Below are positions 29,337 through 40,032 of a stretch of DNA of 64,000 nucleotides, piece after piece. The position numbers were made by a program, and so were the translations under genes. Positions within the stretch are counted from its first letter, which is position 1; every line of letters starts with the position of its first letter. Location: IMG/VR virus record IMGVR_UViG_3300013308_000020, positions 1 to 64,000 of that record. One strand, 5' to 3'. A model generated the notes under the pieces. The model worked only from the letters and a program-made list of their open reading frames with translations. It was not told where the DNA came from and did no database searches. The stretch comes from a virus (lineage: Duplodnaviria > Caudoviricetes).

Positions 29337-29364
29337 TTACATCTCTTCTTTTTCTAGCTGAAAT

Positions 29365-30162
29365 ATGGAAACCAAAGATAACGAAGAAGTAAGACGAATG
29401 CTTAATTGTGTGCGTGTTACTGCAAATTATGCTCTAGCCGAATTAGATATTGTACATGAGTTGCTTGAAGAAGGTATGAACTTAGATGCAGCTGATATGG
29501 TGGTTAAAGTTGATGAAGCATTTTATAAAGCACGTAGAGCTTTATTTGATGCTAGGATTGAAGTAGATAAACTGCGTAAGTCTTTAGATAAACATGTATC
29601 TCATTGTCTTAATCCTATTGCTAAAACTGCTCCTAAGTCAGCTAAAAAAGGAAGAGATGTGCCAAGTATTCCTAAAGATAAAGCTAAACCTAAAAAGGTA
29701 TCTGATGAATATGATGAAAGAGTTGTAACTGCGGAAGAACCTTATTGGGTAAGACTTAGACAACCTGGAGGAGATGAATGGGTAGAGTATAAGATTCTAA
29801 CAGATGATGATGAACGTCCATATCTTTCATATCTTCGTAAGAGTGTTGATAGAGGAGAAAGTACTTGGAAAGGTGCAGGTTGTGTAGCATATAGAGAATT
29901 CTTCTTAGCACATAAAGATGAACCTCTTGTAATAGATACAGAACTTACAGATGATGGTATAGCAGTTCTTGAAAGATTAGCTAAGGAAGGCTTAGTATAT
30001 AAGACTAATGCTAAAGTTATAAAAGTTGGTACTGATACCAATTGTATGCCTAAGTATTATTATGATAAGCCTCTTTATAAGTATAACTTTAAATGGAAGC
30101 CACAAAAGAATACTAGTCATTCTACTATAAGCAGAAAGAAACCTAATACTAATGAATCATGA
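29365..30162 (+). CDS. Hypothetical protein
   Basis: 265 aa; starts 4 nt after a TTTCTAGCTGA motif. Confidence 0.65.
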   Translation: METKDNEEVRRMLNCVRVTANYALAELDIVHELLEEGMNLDAADMVVKVDEAFYKARRALFDARIEVDKLRKSLDKHVSHCLNPIAKTAPKSAKKGRDVPSIPKDKAKPKKVSDEYDERVVTAEEPYWVRLRQPGGDEWVEYKILTDDDERPYLSYLRKSVDRGESTWKGAGCVAYREFFLAHKDEPLVIDTELTDDGIAVLERLAKEGLVYKTNAKVIKVGTDTNCMPKYYYDKPLYKYNFKWKPQKNTSHSTISRKKPNTNES

Positions 30163-30482
30163 GTGTATACAAGTTTATAGAAAATAGAAATTTTGATAAA
30201 CCTCTTGATTTAGAAGGTTTTGACAAAATCATTAAAGGTACAACAATATGTACTGGTGAAGGTGATTATCCTAAATTAAAAATTGATGGCTATGAAGGTG
30301 ATAAACGCTGGATAGCTGTTAAATGGAATGATAATCTAAGTTGGACTATATATTATGGTAAAGCTAAGTCTCCATTTGAGTATATCTATTTCAATGAGAA
30401 ACAATTAACTGATATTAAAATAGTTAAGGAACTTATTGATTGTACAGATGAAGTATTAGAACTATATAGTTATGACGGGTAG
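30159..30482 (+). CDS. Hypothetical protein
   Basis: Coupled ORF. Confidence 0.6.
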   Translation: MSVYKFIENRNFDKPLDLEGFDKIIKGTTICTGEGDYPKLKIDGYEGDKRWIAVKWNDNLSWTIYYGKAKSPFEYIYFNEKQLTDIKIVKELIDCTDEVLELYSYDG

Positions 30483-31899
30483 ATGGGGTAATGGCTCTAG
30501 GCAGGAAAGATTAGATACTGCTCAGTGGCAAGGTGTGAATACTTGGAGAAGTCAACCTCATAGAGGAAATGGAACTCTAGAGTGGCATACTGGTGTTGGA
30601 AAGACATATTCAATTGTCAAAGCTTATAAACCTTTTAGAGATAAATTTCCTGCTCATATAGAAGAGAATAATATCATAGTTGTTGTTCCTACTCTGAAAC
30701 TGAAGGATGATTGGGTTAAAGAAGGCGGTCATATAGATAAGCATGGCTTTGAAAATATATCTGTATATGTAATTAATAGCTATGTAACCGAATATCACCG
30801 TTGTAAATGGTTGATAATAGATGAAGTTCATAGAGTATTAGGCGTAGATGCTGATACATTTAATAAGACAATCGAGTTTACTAAAACTGACTTTAGATTA
30901 GGATTATCTGCTACTTTAACTCTTGAAGAAAAGGTAATCTTACGAGATAAAGGTATGCCTGTATGTCATACTATTACTGAATTTGAATCTAAAGTTGAAG
31001 GATTTACTTCAGATTATTTTGAATATAATCTAGCAGTACCACTAAATCATTTAGAAATACGAAGATATGAGGAATATTCTCGTTTATTTGAACAGAATAA
31101 ACGGTTCTTTATAGTGCAAGACCAATTCGATTTGAAATTGGCATTTGCCGCTACTAAGAATATGGATATTTGTCGCAATATATCTAAGTTTAGAGGATGG
31201 AGAGTCGATCAAGGAGAAGATGATGAAAATGCTCCAGCTAAAATAAAGGAAGGAGCAATCAAATGTATTATGGGTATGTCCAAGAGAAAGGAGATTATCT
31301 ATAATTCACAGAATAAACTGTTAATTACTGAACAAATTATTAATAAGTTTCCGGATAAACTGATAATGACTTTTTCAATGAGTGCTGAAATGGCAGATGC
31401 TATTACATTTAAACTCGGAGCAAAAGCAAGAAGTTACCATACTAAAATCAAAGGGGAAACTAGAGAAGTTGTTCAAACAGATTTATTCAATACAACTCCC
31501 AAGACCAAAAAGATAGGGGTCGAAAGGATAAAAAAAGAGACAATCGAGCTGTTTTCAAAGCGAGAGATAACTGTAATGAATGCTGTAAAGGCACTTGATG
31601 AAGGATTTGACTTACCACAAATAGATATGTCTATTATAACTTGTGGAGCAGCTTCTCAAAGGCAACAGAAACAGCGTAAAGGACGATCTACTCGTTTTAA
31701 TGAGGCTGATGTTACAAAGAAGAGTATTATAGTTAATCTTTATGCGCCTAACACTCAAGATGAGAAGTGGTTGAAGGAAAGGCAAAAGACAACTACTGGT
31801 GCTAGATGGATTACAACTTTAGAAGATATTGAAGATGAATCTACTGAAAGCATGGATTTCGATATTAGTCGTAAAGCAGAAAATTGGTCTGAATACTAA
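30472..31899 (+). CDS. Superfamily 2 DExH helicase
   Basis: 'TGVGKT', 'DEVH', 'SAT', 'LDEGFD' and 'QRKGR'. Confidence 0.9.
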   Translation: MTGRWGNGSRQERLDTAQWQGVNTWRSQPHRGNGTLEWHTGVGKTYSIVKAYKPFRDKFPAHIEENNIIVVVPTLKLKDDWVKEGGHIDKHGFENISVYVINSYVTEYHRCKWLIIDEVHRVLGVDADTFNKTIEFTKTDFRLGLSATLTLEEKVILRDKGMPVCHTITEFESKVEGFTSDYFEYNLAVPLNHLEIRRYEEYSRLFEQNKRFFIVQDQFDLKLAFAATKNMDICRNISKFRGWRVDQGEDDENAPAKIKEGAIKCIMGMSKRKEIIYNSQNKLLITEQIINKFPDKLIMTFSMSAEMADAITFKLGAKARSYHTKIKGETREVVQTDLFNTTPKTKKIGVERIKKETIELFSKREITVMNAVKALDEGFDLPQIDMSIITCGAASQRQQKQRKGRSTRFNEADVTKKSIIVNLYAPNTQDEKWLKERQKTTTGARWITTLEDIEDESTESMDFDISRKAENWSEY

Positions 31900-32045
31900 T
31901 CTAATACAAGTACGCAAAGAAATAGAAAGAATGTTCTTTGAGACTGCAAGTTTAGATGATATTGAAGATTGTATGATTGAATTACGATATGATAATGAAG
32001 TCGAAGAAAATGAATTAGTTTTAGAATATTTAGAAAGTAAATAAG

Positions 32046-32465
32046 ATGGCAAGTGTAGTAGTAGAAAAGAAAGTTGCAGAAAAGAAACAAGCTAAAATAG
32101 AAAGAATACTAGAATTTGTGAGCAGAAGCAGAAGAGGTATCGGTATAGTTCCACAACCAATGGTTACTGTAAGTGGTACAACTCTTATATTTAATACAGC
32201 AGCAGTAATAAGTACTGATATATCAAGTTATTATTTTGTTCATGGTGCTATTGATCCAAATAATAATAAAGTTATTTATCTTGTTCTTAAAGAGGAAGAA
32301 GAAGAAGATTTCTTTACTGTTAGACACGATTGTAAAAATACATATGCTGTTTCTTGTGCATATCTTCTTAGAAGAACTTGTGCAGTAAGCGGTGATAAAT
32401 TTGCTGTTACTCAAGAAGATTTTAATGGTAAACCAATGCTTGTATTAACTCTTTTAGTGAAATAA
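32046..32465 (+). CDS. Hypothetical protein
   Basis: Replication module ORF. Confidence 0.55.
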   Translation: MASVVVEKKVAEKKQAKIERILEFVSRSRRGIGIVPQPMVTVSGTTLIFNTAAVISTDISSYYFVHGAIDPNNNKVIYLVLKEEEEEDFFTVRHDCKNTYAVSCAYLLRRTCAVSGDKFAVTQEDFNGKPMLVLTLLVK

Positions 32466-32470
32466 GATGT

Positions 32471-33094
32471 ATGCTGATAAATGCAAAAAAGATTGCGAAA
32501 ATATGTGTAGAACTTAGAATTGATATAGAGCAGTTCTATGTCCTTTATCTTATATCGACAAAGGATTATGCAACTATGCGATATTATGTAAAGAATATTA
32601 ATGGTTTTCATGAAACTCTATTAGATACTTTACAGAAAAAAGGTTTATTATTAGATATTAATAATTATAGTAAATCTTCTGATCTTACTAAAGAGGGTAA
32701 AAAGATAATAAAGCTTAGTACTTTATTTACTACTCCAACTTTTGATGATGCTATAGCAGAAGATGATGTAATGCAAGGAGTTGCAGATGCCTATGATGAA
32801 TTATTGGATGTATATCCATATGAGATTTTAGGTAGTAATGGTATTAAATATCCTGCTAGAACTGGTACTACTGAAAAGAATTCTGCTTTATATATTAAAC
32901 ATATTCTTAAATATCCTGAACAGCATGAGATTATTATTGCTGCTGTAAAATTCGGCAAAGAAAATAGTCTTATTAAGTGGGGTATTGAGAAGTTTATTGA
33001 GAATAAGTATTGGGGTCTCCTTATAGATGCTATGGAGGGGAACTCTAGGCAAACTGAAAACGGAGAACCTCTATATGGCAACAACGAATTTTAA
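32471..33094 (+). CDS. Putative helicase loader/replication initiator
   Basis: Overlaps the dnaB start; 'ELLDVYP' and C-terminal 'IEKFI..KYW' resemble phage replisome organizers. Function inferred from position. Confidence 0.45.
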   Translation: MLINAKKIAKICVELRIDIEQFYVLYLISTKDYATMRYYVKNINGFHETLLDTLQKKGLLLDINNYSKSSDLTKEGKKIIKLSTLFTTPTFDDAIAEDDVMQGVADAYDELLDVYPYEILGSNGIKYPARTGTTEKNSALYIKHILKYPEQHEIIIAAVKFGKENSLIKWGIEKFIENKYWGLLIDAMEGNSRQTENGEPLYGNNEF

Positions 33095-34046
33095 ACCAAA
33101 GTTACTCCCAATTATATCTAGTAAGCAAGCTGCGACTAATGCTCTAAAAGACATAGAAGAAGGAATGTCTGAAGAACAGGTAGTCTTACTATGTAGATGG
33201 GAAAAGGTTAATAGAGGTTTACTTGGAGGTTGGAGATTCTGCTTTACTTATATAATCGCTGGATTATCAGGTAGTGGTAAATCTTACTTTCTTAATATGA
33301 TTCGTAAGGATTTTACTAATAGATTCCTTAATGGTCGGTATAAGAGAAAGTTCAGGCAGTTGCATATAGCATTTGAGATGACTGCTGCTGATGAAGTACT
33401 TCGAGATGTCAGTGGTCAAGTTAAAACTTCTTATGGTGATATAATATCTGCATACAAAAGTGTCGATGGTTCTAGATTATCGCTAGAAAAGTATGAAGAG
33501 ATTAAAGATTATCTAAAGACGATTGCTGAACTTGAAATTGATTATATTGAAGTTACTGGAACTGTACAACAAGTTTATGATACTATTCTTGATTGGGATC
33601 AGAGATATCCTGATGAACAAAAAATCATATCTCTTGACCATACTCTTCTAACTGATTTTGACAAAGAAGCTGATGAGATTGCTCTAGTAGCTAATCTATC
33701 TAAAATGTTTTTGAAAGTTAAAAAGCAGATTGGAAGTATGAATATCATTATTGCTCAGTTGAATGGAGATATAGAAAGTGAATCTCGTATATCTAGACCA
33801 AGTGGACATTTTCCTATTGGTAAAGATTTATATGGAGGAAAGTCTATTAGAAGAGATGCTGATGCAATTATGGTTCTTAATTCTCCTGAGAAGCTTGGTA
33901 TTGCTCAATATGGAGTACAGAAGCATGATACCAAAGGAATTATCTTTTGGCATCTAATAAAAATGAGAAAAGCTACCACCGGATATATTAGGTTTCAAGA
34001 TGATTTAAGAAATGGAAATCTTATTCAATTAGAAACTAATAATTAA
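33075..34046 (+). CDS. dnaB: DnaB-like replicative helicase
   Basis: Walker A 'AGLSGSGKS', 'FEM', 'LDH', 'AQLN', 'DAD'; start re-assigned to ATG 33075. Confidence 0.88.
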   Translation: MATTNFKPKLLPIISSKQAATNALKDIEEGMSEEQVVLLCRWEKVNRGLLGGWRFCFTYIIAGLSGSGKSYFLNMIRKDFTNRFLNGRYKRKFRQLHIAFEMTAADEVLRDVSGQVKTSYGDIISAYKSVDGSRLSLEKYEEIKDYLKTIAELEIDYIEVTGTVQQVYDTILDWDQRYPDEQKIISLDHTLLTDFDKEADEIALVANLSKMFLKVKKQIGSMNIIIAQLNGDIESESRISRPSGHFPIGKDLYGGKSIRRDADAIMVLNSPEKLGIAQYGVQKHDTKGIIFWHLIKMRKATTGYIRFQDDLRNGNLIQLETNN

Positions 34047-34111
34047 CCGAAACCTTTTCCTATAAATCCAGTATTATAAGTATAAAAAAGTCGTAAAATA
34101 CTTGCTTCATA

Positions 34112-34142
34112 TTTGCATTACTGGTATATTTTCGTAACTTTA
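34112..34142 (+). promoter_or_regulatory. Bacteroidota sigmaA-type promoter
   Basis: TTTG-N19-TAACTTTA upstream of the recombinase. Confidence 0.5.
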
Positions 34143-34164
34143 CATAGTCATTAAGACAAAGACA

Positions 34165-34944
34165 ATGGCAGAACAAAAGGAAAAAGAGTTGCAAAGCGAA
34201 TATGTTGAATTTCAGGATATAACTAGCGATTCCGAAAATAGTGAGAATGAGTATAGTAATGAAAATATTCCTGATGATAATAAAGCTGATGGAACAAGTT
34301 TAGCTACTATACCTTCTGGTGAATTAACTGCTTTAAGTGCTATTAATGATGTTGATACATTAAAGCACTTTGCTATTAAGATGGGTATTCCAGGTTCGCC
34401 TGAGAGTGTTGCTCAAAGACTTGCTAGAGCCATAGAGTTAAGAGTTGGCTATATGCAAGGTCTTGACAATATCTATATCATTAATGGTAGAGCTACATTA
34501 TCAGTATGGTTATTCTTAATGCTAATAAAGAGAGCAGGATATGAAGTCCGTACTATAAGAGATAATGAATATCTTCTTAATGATGGTACTTATAGTAAGA
34601 TTAAGCCTAATGTAACTAACGCTCAAGACCCTAAGTTTCCTATAGATAGAGTATGTGAACTAGAATGGGTTTGGAAGAGTAAGGTTACTGGTGAAATAGA
34701 AAGAGAGAGATATACTTACTATTGGTCTGAGGCTGTTGCTGCCGGACATACTACCAAAGCTACTTGGAAAGCATATAGCAAGCAAATGTTGTGGAAAACC
34801 ACAGCGATATTTGGTTCAAGAAGAATATGTGCCGAAGCTGTTGATATGTATGAATATGGTGAAATGGCTGATGCTAAAGGTATAGATTACAAAGTTGATG
34901 AAACTGGTAATTGTAAACCAATAGATATTACTCCTAAAAATTAA
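34165..34944 (+). CDS. RecT/Bet-like single-strand annealing protein
   Basis: 'AIELRVGYMQGLDNIYIINGR', 'EAVAAG...TWKAYSKQML'. Confidence 0.75.
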   Translation: MAEQKEKELQSEYVEFQDITSDSENSENEYSNENIPDDNKADGTSLATIPSGELTALSAINDVDTLKHFAIKMGIPGSPESVAQRLARAIELRVGYMQGLDNIYIINGRATLSVWLFLMLIKRAGYEVRTIRDNEYLLNDGTYSKIKPNVTNAQDPKFPIDRVCELEWVWKSKVTGEIERERYTYYWSEAVAAGHTTKATWKAYSKQMLWKTTAIFGSRRICAEAVDMYEYGEMADAKGIDYKVDETGNCKPIDITPKN

Positions 34945-34989
34945 GTTATTATTAAATAAATAATCCACAAACAAATTAAATTTATCATT

Positions 34990-35526
34990 ATGGCTATTAA
35001 AAGTGTAATCTCCGCAGGAACAAAGTCTAATCAATTTGAAGGTCCAATCGTTAAGATTGGTGCTTCTAATTCTATCAAATTAACTCGTCAGGTACTTGAC
35101 TTGACTGGTGCAGAATTTGGTCATTTCGCATTCATCGCTGATGATACTGACGATAATAACCTTTTCTATATTGCTACTTCTGAAAGCTCTACTAACGAAG
35201 CTGGTGAGCGTGGTTCTAAATTAGGTATTGTAGGTGAAGTTACTGAATCTGCTAAAAACAATCCTAATCAATTGGCTTTCACTCATGCTACTTTGGGTGT
35301 TCGTCTTTATGATGTAGCTTCTACGTTCCGTGTAGATACTGATGGTGGTTTCGAGCATAACGGCTTGACATTCTATCCAATGACTGTTGAAGTTTCTCGT
35401 GAAGAATGGAATAACGAAAAAGCTGCTTCTGATGCTATCAAAGCTTCTAAAGCTGATTCTTCATCTTCTTCTGATGAATCTCTTTCTACTTCTACTCGTC
35501 GCCGTTCTGCTGTAACTGCTGAATAA
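34990..35526 (+). CDS. Hypothetical protein, probably highly expressed
   Basis: Biased codon usage, Ser-rich tail, own terminator. Confidence 0.65.
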   Translation: MAIKSVISAGTKSNQFEGPIVKIGASNSIKLTRQVLDLTGAEFGHFAFIADDTDDNNLFYIATSESSTNEAGERGSKLGIVGEVTESAKNNPNQLAFTHATLGVRLYDVASTFRVDTDGGFEHNGLTFYPMTVEVSREEWNNEKAASDAIKASKADSSSSSDESLSTSTRRRSAVTAE

Positions 35527-35550
35527 TTCTTGGTTGATTTAATGCTGTTA

Positions 35551-35582
35551 AAAGAGGGAGAGATTATATCTCTTCCTTTTTT
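35551..35582 (+). terminator. Intrinsic terminator
   Basis: GGGAGAGAT-TAT-ATCTCTTCC followed by a T run. Confidence 0.7.
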
Positions 35583-35643
35583 ACATTTAAATCAACTTTT
35601 ACTCATTTAAATAATCATTAATCAACCCAAAATAATTATTATT

Positions 35644-36321
35644 ATGTTTAAAATTAATAAAGAACAATCGACTGAAGGTAATGTTAAGATAGTTGCTAAC
35701 ATAGGTGCTCCAGGCATTTATAAGATGCAAGTTGTAGATATTCAACCATCTACTAAATTCAAAGGTAAGGACAAAGATGATGCTCCTACTATGAATATTA
35801 CGTTTAAAGTTGTTCAAGTTATTGATGTGCCTAAGAAAGATGAGCATTTCACTAGAACTTTAATTGGTAAACTTCATACCGATATTATTGATCTTTCTTT
35901 AGAGTCTACTTCTGAGACTGCTGAGACAATGTTCAATAACAAACTTGCTCGTATTAAGCATATCTTGAAGAAAGCAGGTATTTCTGCTGAATCTATTGAT
36001 GCTGCTATTGAGCCAGTATTGAAGAAAATGGGTAAAGATGGTGTTTGGTCTCCTAATGACTTCACTGCTGCTATTCAACCGCTTCTTACTGATGATTGCA
36101 AGAAAAAGACAGGCTTTGGTAAAGTATCTGGTTCTGTATTTCAAGGCAATGCTCAGTGTAACTTTGCAGGCTTCTTAGGTTTCTATACTGAAGAAGAGCC
36201 TACTTTCAATACTAAAGAGCGTCAGGCTATTAATGAGTATTATGCTGCTTTAGATGGTCAAGTTCCTTCAATGGAAGGCGTTCCTTCGACTGGTGGCAAC
36301 CAAGGTGGTTCTGCGTTCTAA
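35644..36321 (+). CDS. Putative single-stranded DNA-binding protein
   Basis: 'PGIYKMQVVDI' OB-fold-like start, flexible Gly-rich tail ending in F, position between recombinase and primase. Confidence 0.5.
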   Translation: MFKINKEQSTEGNVKIVANIGAPGIYKMQVVDIQPSTKFKGKDKDDAPTMNITFKVVQVIDVPKKDEHFTRTLIGKLHTDIIDLSLESTSETAETMFNNKLARIKHILKKAGISAESIDAAIEPVLKKMGKDGVWSPNDFTAAIQPLLTDDCKKKTGFGKVSGSVFQGNAQCNFAGFLGFYTEEEPTFNTKERQAINEYYAALDGQVPSMEGVPSTGGNQGGSAF

Positions 36322-36340
36322 TAAAACTATGAATCTAATT

Positions 36341-36374
36341 AAGGGTGGAACTGTAAAAGGTTTCACCCTTTTTT
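36341..36374 (+). terminator. Intrinsic terminator
   Basis: AAGGGTGGAAC...GTTTCACCCTTTTTT. Confidence 0.7.
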
Positions 36375-36510
36375 ATTCTTAAAATATAGATATGAAAAAA
36401 GAATTAATAGTCTTATCAATAGCTATATTAGTAGTAGGAGGATTAGTGTTTTATATAATATTTATTCTTCTAGCGTTTATTGTAGCACTTGCAGATATAG
36501 CTAGTTTCTG

Positions 36511-37545
36511 ATGTTTGCTATAGATAAAGCAAAACCTATAGAGAAAGTTAATATATCCAAAAGACTTATAGAAGATAAACTTTCTCAGAAAGATTTATGG
36601 AGATATTATCTTAGTGGTTTTGATGTAGATGCTTGGTTAAATACTAGGCAGAATTTTAAATCTGAATTACGAACTGATAATAAACCTACTTGTTCCTTAT
36701 ATAGTAAAGGTCAGAATATTTATTATAAGGATTGGGCAGGACATTTTCAGGGAGATATTTATAATCTTGTTTGCTATCTGAATAACCTTTCTTATGGGGA
36801 TTTAATGGGTGCTATGAAAATCATAGTACGTGATTTTGCTCATGTGTTTTATGGTGCTAATGAAAGACAGAATGAATATATTAAAAGTCTTACTGTAGAA
36901 CTTAAAGAAGAAGAAAATAGATTTAGACAGATTCAAATTAAGAAGATGATTTGGACTGTTGAATTGGTTAAGTATTGGAATAGATATGAAATCACACCTC
37001 TTTCTTTTCTAGCTGACCATGATGTTTTCTGTCCTCAATATGTTTGGATTGATGGTAAACTAAGATATACTTATAGTAAACATGACCCTGCTATTGCTTA
37101 TTTCTTTGGCAATGGTAGATATAAAATTTATTTCCCTTTTAGAACTAAAGGTGCTAGATTTATTGGTAATTCTAATGCTATACAGGGCTATAACCAATTA
37201 CCTGCTACTGGGGATTTATTAATAATCACAAAGAGCATGAAAGATGTACTAGTATTAAAACTACTAGGCTTTAATGCTTGTGCCTTGCAATCAGAGCAAC
37301 ATCATTTAGAGAAGGAAGCTTATGAACATTTGTCCAAACGTTTTAAAAGAATTGTACTTCTGTATGACAATGATGAAGCAGGTAGAAATGGTGCAACAAA
37401 GATTTGTGATAGATACGATTTAACCTATATTGAGATTCCTAAAGAAGAATATGAGGATTCTAAAGATATAAGTGATGTATCTGATAATTATGGTATGCAG
37501 GAAGCATATCAGTGCATGGAAAACTTAACTTATCAATGGTTATGA
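36511..37545 (+). CDS. dnaG: DnaG-type (TOPRIM) primase
   Basis: 'SELRTDNKPTC', 'YKDWA', 'IITKSMKDV', 'LYDNDEAG', 'KDISD'. Confidence 0.88.
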   Translation: MFAIDKAKPIEKVNISKRLIEDKLSQKDLWRYYLSGFDVDAWLNTRQNFKSELRTDNKPTCSLYSKGQNIYYKDWAGHFQGDIYNLVCYLNNLSYGDLMGAMKIIVRDFAHVFYGANERQNEYIKSLTVELKEEENRFRQIQIKKMIWTVELVKYWNRYEITPLSFLADHDVFCPQYVWIDGKLRYTYSKHDPAIAYFFGNGRYKIYFPFRTKGARFIGNSNAIQGYNQLPATGDLLIITKSMKDVLVLKLLGFNACALQSEQHHLEKEAYEHLSKRFKRIVLLYDNDEAGRNGATKICDRYDLTYIEIPKEEYEDSKDISDVSDNYGMQEAYQCMENLTYQWL

Positions 37546-37682
37546 AACTAACTATAGAACAAGCTAAAGAAATAAAAAAATTACTTGATAAAGGCTATCC
37601 TTGTAATAGGATAGCCCGTAATTTTCCCGTTAGTAGTTCAACTATTAATGCTATTAAAAACGGTAAAAAATATAATGTATGA
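37542..37682 (+). CDS. Stand-alone 46-aa HTH protein
   Basis: MKLTIEQAKEIKKLLDKGYPCNRIARNFPVSSSTINAIKNGKKY; ATGA-coupled at both ends; resembles the HNH C-terminal HTH. Confidence 0.65.
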   Translation: MKLTIEQAKEIKKLLDKGYPCNRIARNFPVSSSTINAIKNGKKYNV

Positions 37683-38011
37683 CAAAGAGCGAAAAAGCTT
37701 TCTTAGAAAGATATACAAATGCCGCAGGTGAGGTTACTACTACAGATATAGCAATAGGAATATTGACTAGAGAAGTTATGAAGTTAGCTATAAAAAAGGA
37801 AGAGAAGGTTGAGTTAGGTGAACCTGAAGCTTATGATATTACTAAGAAAATATCTATGAATGAGGATAATCTTATGGCTTCTATTAAAGTTTTAGAAGAA
37901 GCTATTAGAAAGAGTAGAAGAAATTGTAATTCTTTTGAACAATGGGATGAAGAAGTATATGAATCTTTTAGAGAATTTAAGAACTCTATTTATCGTATAA
38001 AAGATAAATAA
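37679..38011 (+). CDS. Hypothetical protein
   Basis: Coupled ORF. Confidence 0.55.
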   Translation: MTKSEKAFLERYTNAAGEVTTTDIAIGILTREVMKLAIKKEEKVELGEPEAYDITKKISMNEDNLMASIKVLEEAIRKSRRNCNSFEQWDEEVYESFREFKNSIYRIKDK

Positions 38012-38012
38012 T

Positions 38013-38654
38013 ATGGAACTACTTCACGAGAAAGATGGGAAGTTAATACAGTCAGACGAAGAGTTATATGTAGCCTTTTGGTTAGCAGAGTTAAAAGAAG
38101 CAGGTTATGTAAAAGAATATCAATTACAGCCTGCTCCTTTTAGACTTTCAGAAGATATAATGTTCAGTTGGACAAAGGATACTTCTACTAAGACTATTAA
38201 GAATAGGAGTGAACAGAAGTATTCATGTATGTTAGAAGGAAAGATATATACTCCTGATGTACGTGTAGTATGGAATGAAAGTGCTAGGAATATCTTCTAT
38301 ACTATTAATATACCTCAATCTAATAAATGTAAGCTCCTTATAGCTCATCATAAGTTTAATGCAATATTTGAAGAAGTGGAAGCTGTTTCATATATTGAAG
38401 TTAAACCTCATTTTGATCAGAATAATATGGAACGAGAGTTTAAGATTAATCAGAAGTGGGTATATCAAGCACATAATACTTTTGTAAATCTAGTAGTTCC
38501 TAATAAATTCTTTCCTTATAATTTTACACCTCAACAATGTATTGATACTATGGTTTACGTTAAGCAAACTACAACCAAGAAAAGAGGTATTAAATATAAA
38601 GGAGATAGTAAGATTACTTGGACTGTTAAAACATTAAAAGAATACACTAAATGA
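38013..38654 (+). CDS. PD-(D/E)xK endonuclease (DUF1064/T7 endonuclease I-like, possible resolvase)
   Basis: 'S.EE', 'QP..F.L', 'YTPD' and 'IEVK'. Confidence 0.7.
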   Translation: MELLHEKDGKLIQSDEELYVAFWLAELKEAGYVKEYQLQPAPFRLSEDIMFSWTKDTSTKTIKNRSEQKYSCMLEGKIYTPDVRVVWNESARNIFYTINIPQSNKCKLLIAHHKFNAIFEEVEAVSYIEVKPHFDQNNMEREFKINQKWVYQAHNTFVNLVVPNKFFPYNFTPQQCIDTMVYVKQTTTKKRGIKYKGDSKITWTVKTLKEYTK

Positions 38655-38805
38655 GTAAAGAAGAAATATTAGTAGAGTTCTATAATAGCTTAATTGATAC
38701 TGATACTGTATTTACAGGAGAAGAAGTTATTCAAGCTCTTACTAAGTTTTTAAATAAACATGAATTAAAAGACTTTCTTAAATTCCTTAAAGAAGAACAT
38801 GGCTT

Positions 38806-40032
38806 ATGAAATTAGAGACACTTTATAAAAGAGATAAGACAGGTAAGAAAATCCTATCTTATGAAGTAGAGATAGGATTAGTACATGCTAGTGGATTTTT
38901 TGCACAAGATACTGCAATAATCACTAAAACTACTGGTTTTCTTAATGGTAAGAAACAAATACATACTGATACGATTATTGCTGGTAAACAAAATCGTACT
39001 CCACATCAACAAGCTATTAATGAAGCTGAATCATCTTGGAGAAGTAAGAAAGATGAAGGTTATAAGACTTTAGAAGATGCTGAGTGTAAAGTAGGATTAT
39101 TACATGAGCATACAACTGATACCTTAGAACAATTTCTTATTCGTTGGCTTCCTGAAGATAGAACAGATGCTTCAGGTACATTAAAGCCTATGAAGTGTAC
39201 TGCTATGCAAGATGGTAAATCAGATAAACTTCTTCCTAATGTATTAAGAAAGATTCAATATCCGGCTCATGTTCAAACTAAGCTTGATGGTGTTCGTTGC
39301 TTTGCTACTAATCATAAAGATGGTGGTTTTAGATTTACTTCTAGTTCAGGTACTTCTTATGATATTGTCTGTAGATTTATAAAAGAGGAACTTGATAATG
39401 TAGGTTTACCAATAGGAACTATTCTTGATGGTGAGTTATATATTCATGGTACACCTCTACAAAAGATTAGTGGATGGTGTAGAAAACAATCTCCAATAGA
39501 TGCTCATAAAACAATAGAATTTCATATATTTGATTTACCTAACAAAGATATTTGGGATGATAGGAAACAACAACTGGAAAGAATTATTACAAGTTTTGAC
39601 CACGATAACAAGCGTCTTAGATATGTTCCTGTTTATCGAGTTGATTCTCTTGATGAAATACAAGACCTCCATGATGAATTTGTTGAAGCTGGATATGAAG
39701 GTGTTATTGTTCGTAATCTTAACGGTAGATATTCTTATGGGATACGTAGTACTGAAATTTTTAAGCTAAAAGCTTTTCAAGATGATGAATTCGTAATTAC
39801 TGGTGCTAATGAAGGTAAGCGTGGTGCTGCTGATATGGTATTTGAATTACGTACTATGAAAGGACAATTCTTTGAAGCTAAACCTCTAGGTACTTTTGAG
39901 AAGAAGGAAGAGTATATGGAGAACTTAGATGAACTGGTAGGTAAAATGGCTACAGTTCGTTTTTTAAATTATAGTGAAACTGGAGTACCTGTTGGAAATC
40001 CTGTACTTAAAGCAATTAGAGATTATGAATAA
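38806..40032 (+). CDS. lig: ATP-dependent DNA ligase
   Basis: Motif I 'KLDGVR', III 'LDGELY', IIIa 'FHIFD', IV 'EGVIVR', V 'KLK'. Confidence 0.93.
   Translation: MKLETLYKRDKTGKKILSYEVEIGLVHASGFFAQDTAIITKTTGFLNGKKQIHTDTIIAGKQNRTPHQQAINEAESSWRSKKDEGYKTLEDAECKVGLLHEHTTDTLEQFLIRWLPEDRTDASGTLKPMKCTAMQDGKSDKLLPNVLRKIQYPAHVQTKLDGVRCFATNHKDGGFRFTSSSGTSYDIVCRFIKEELDNVGLPIGTILDGELYIHGTPLQKISGWCRKQSPIDAHKTIEFHIFDLPNKDIWDDRKQQLERIITSFDHDNKRLRYVPVYRVDSLDEIQDLHDEFVEAGYEGVIVRNLNGRYSYGIRSTEIFKLKAFQDDEFVITGANEGKRGAADMVFELRTMKGQFFEAKPLGTFEKKEEYMENLDELVGKMATVRFLNYSETGVPVGNPVLKAIRDYE

Noticed and set aside
9057-40032. Introns or inteins in terL, polB, the helicases, primase or ligase
   Set aside because: ORFs are continuous and of normal length, and I saw no intein splice motifs.
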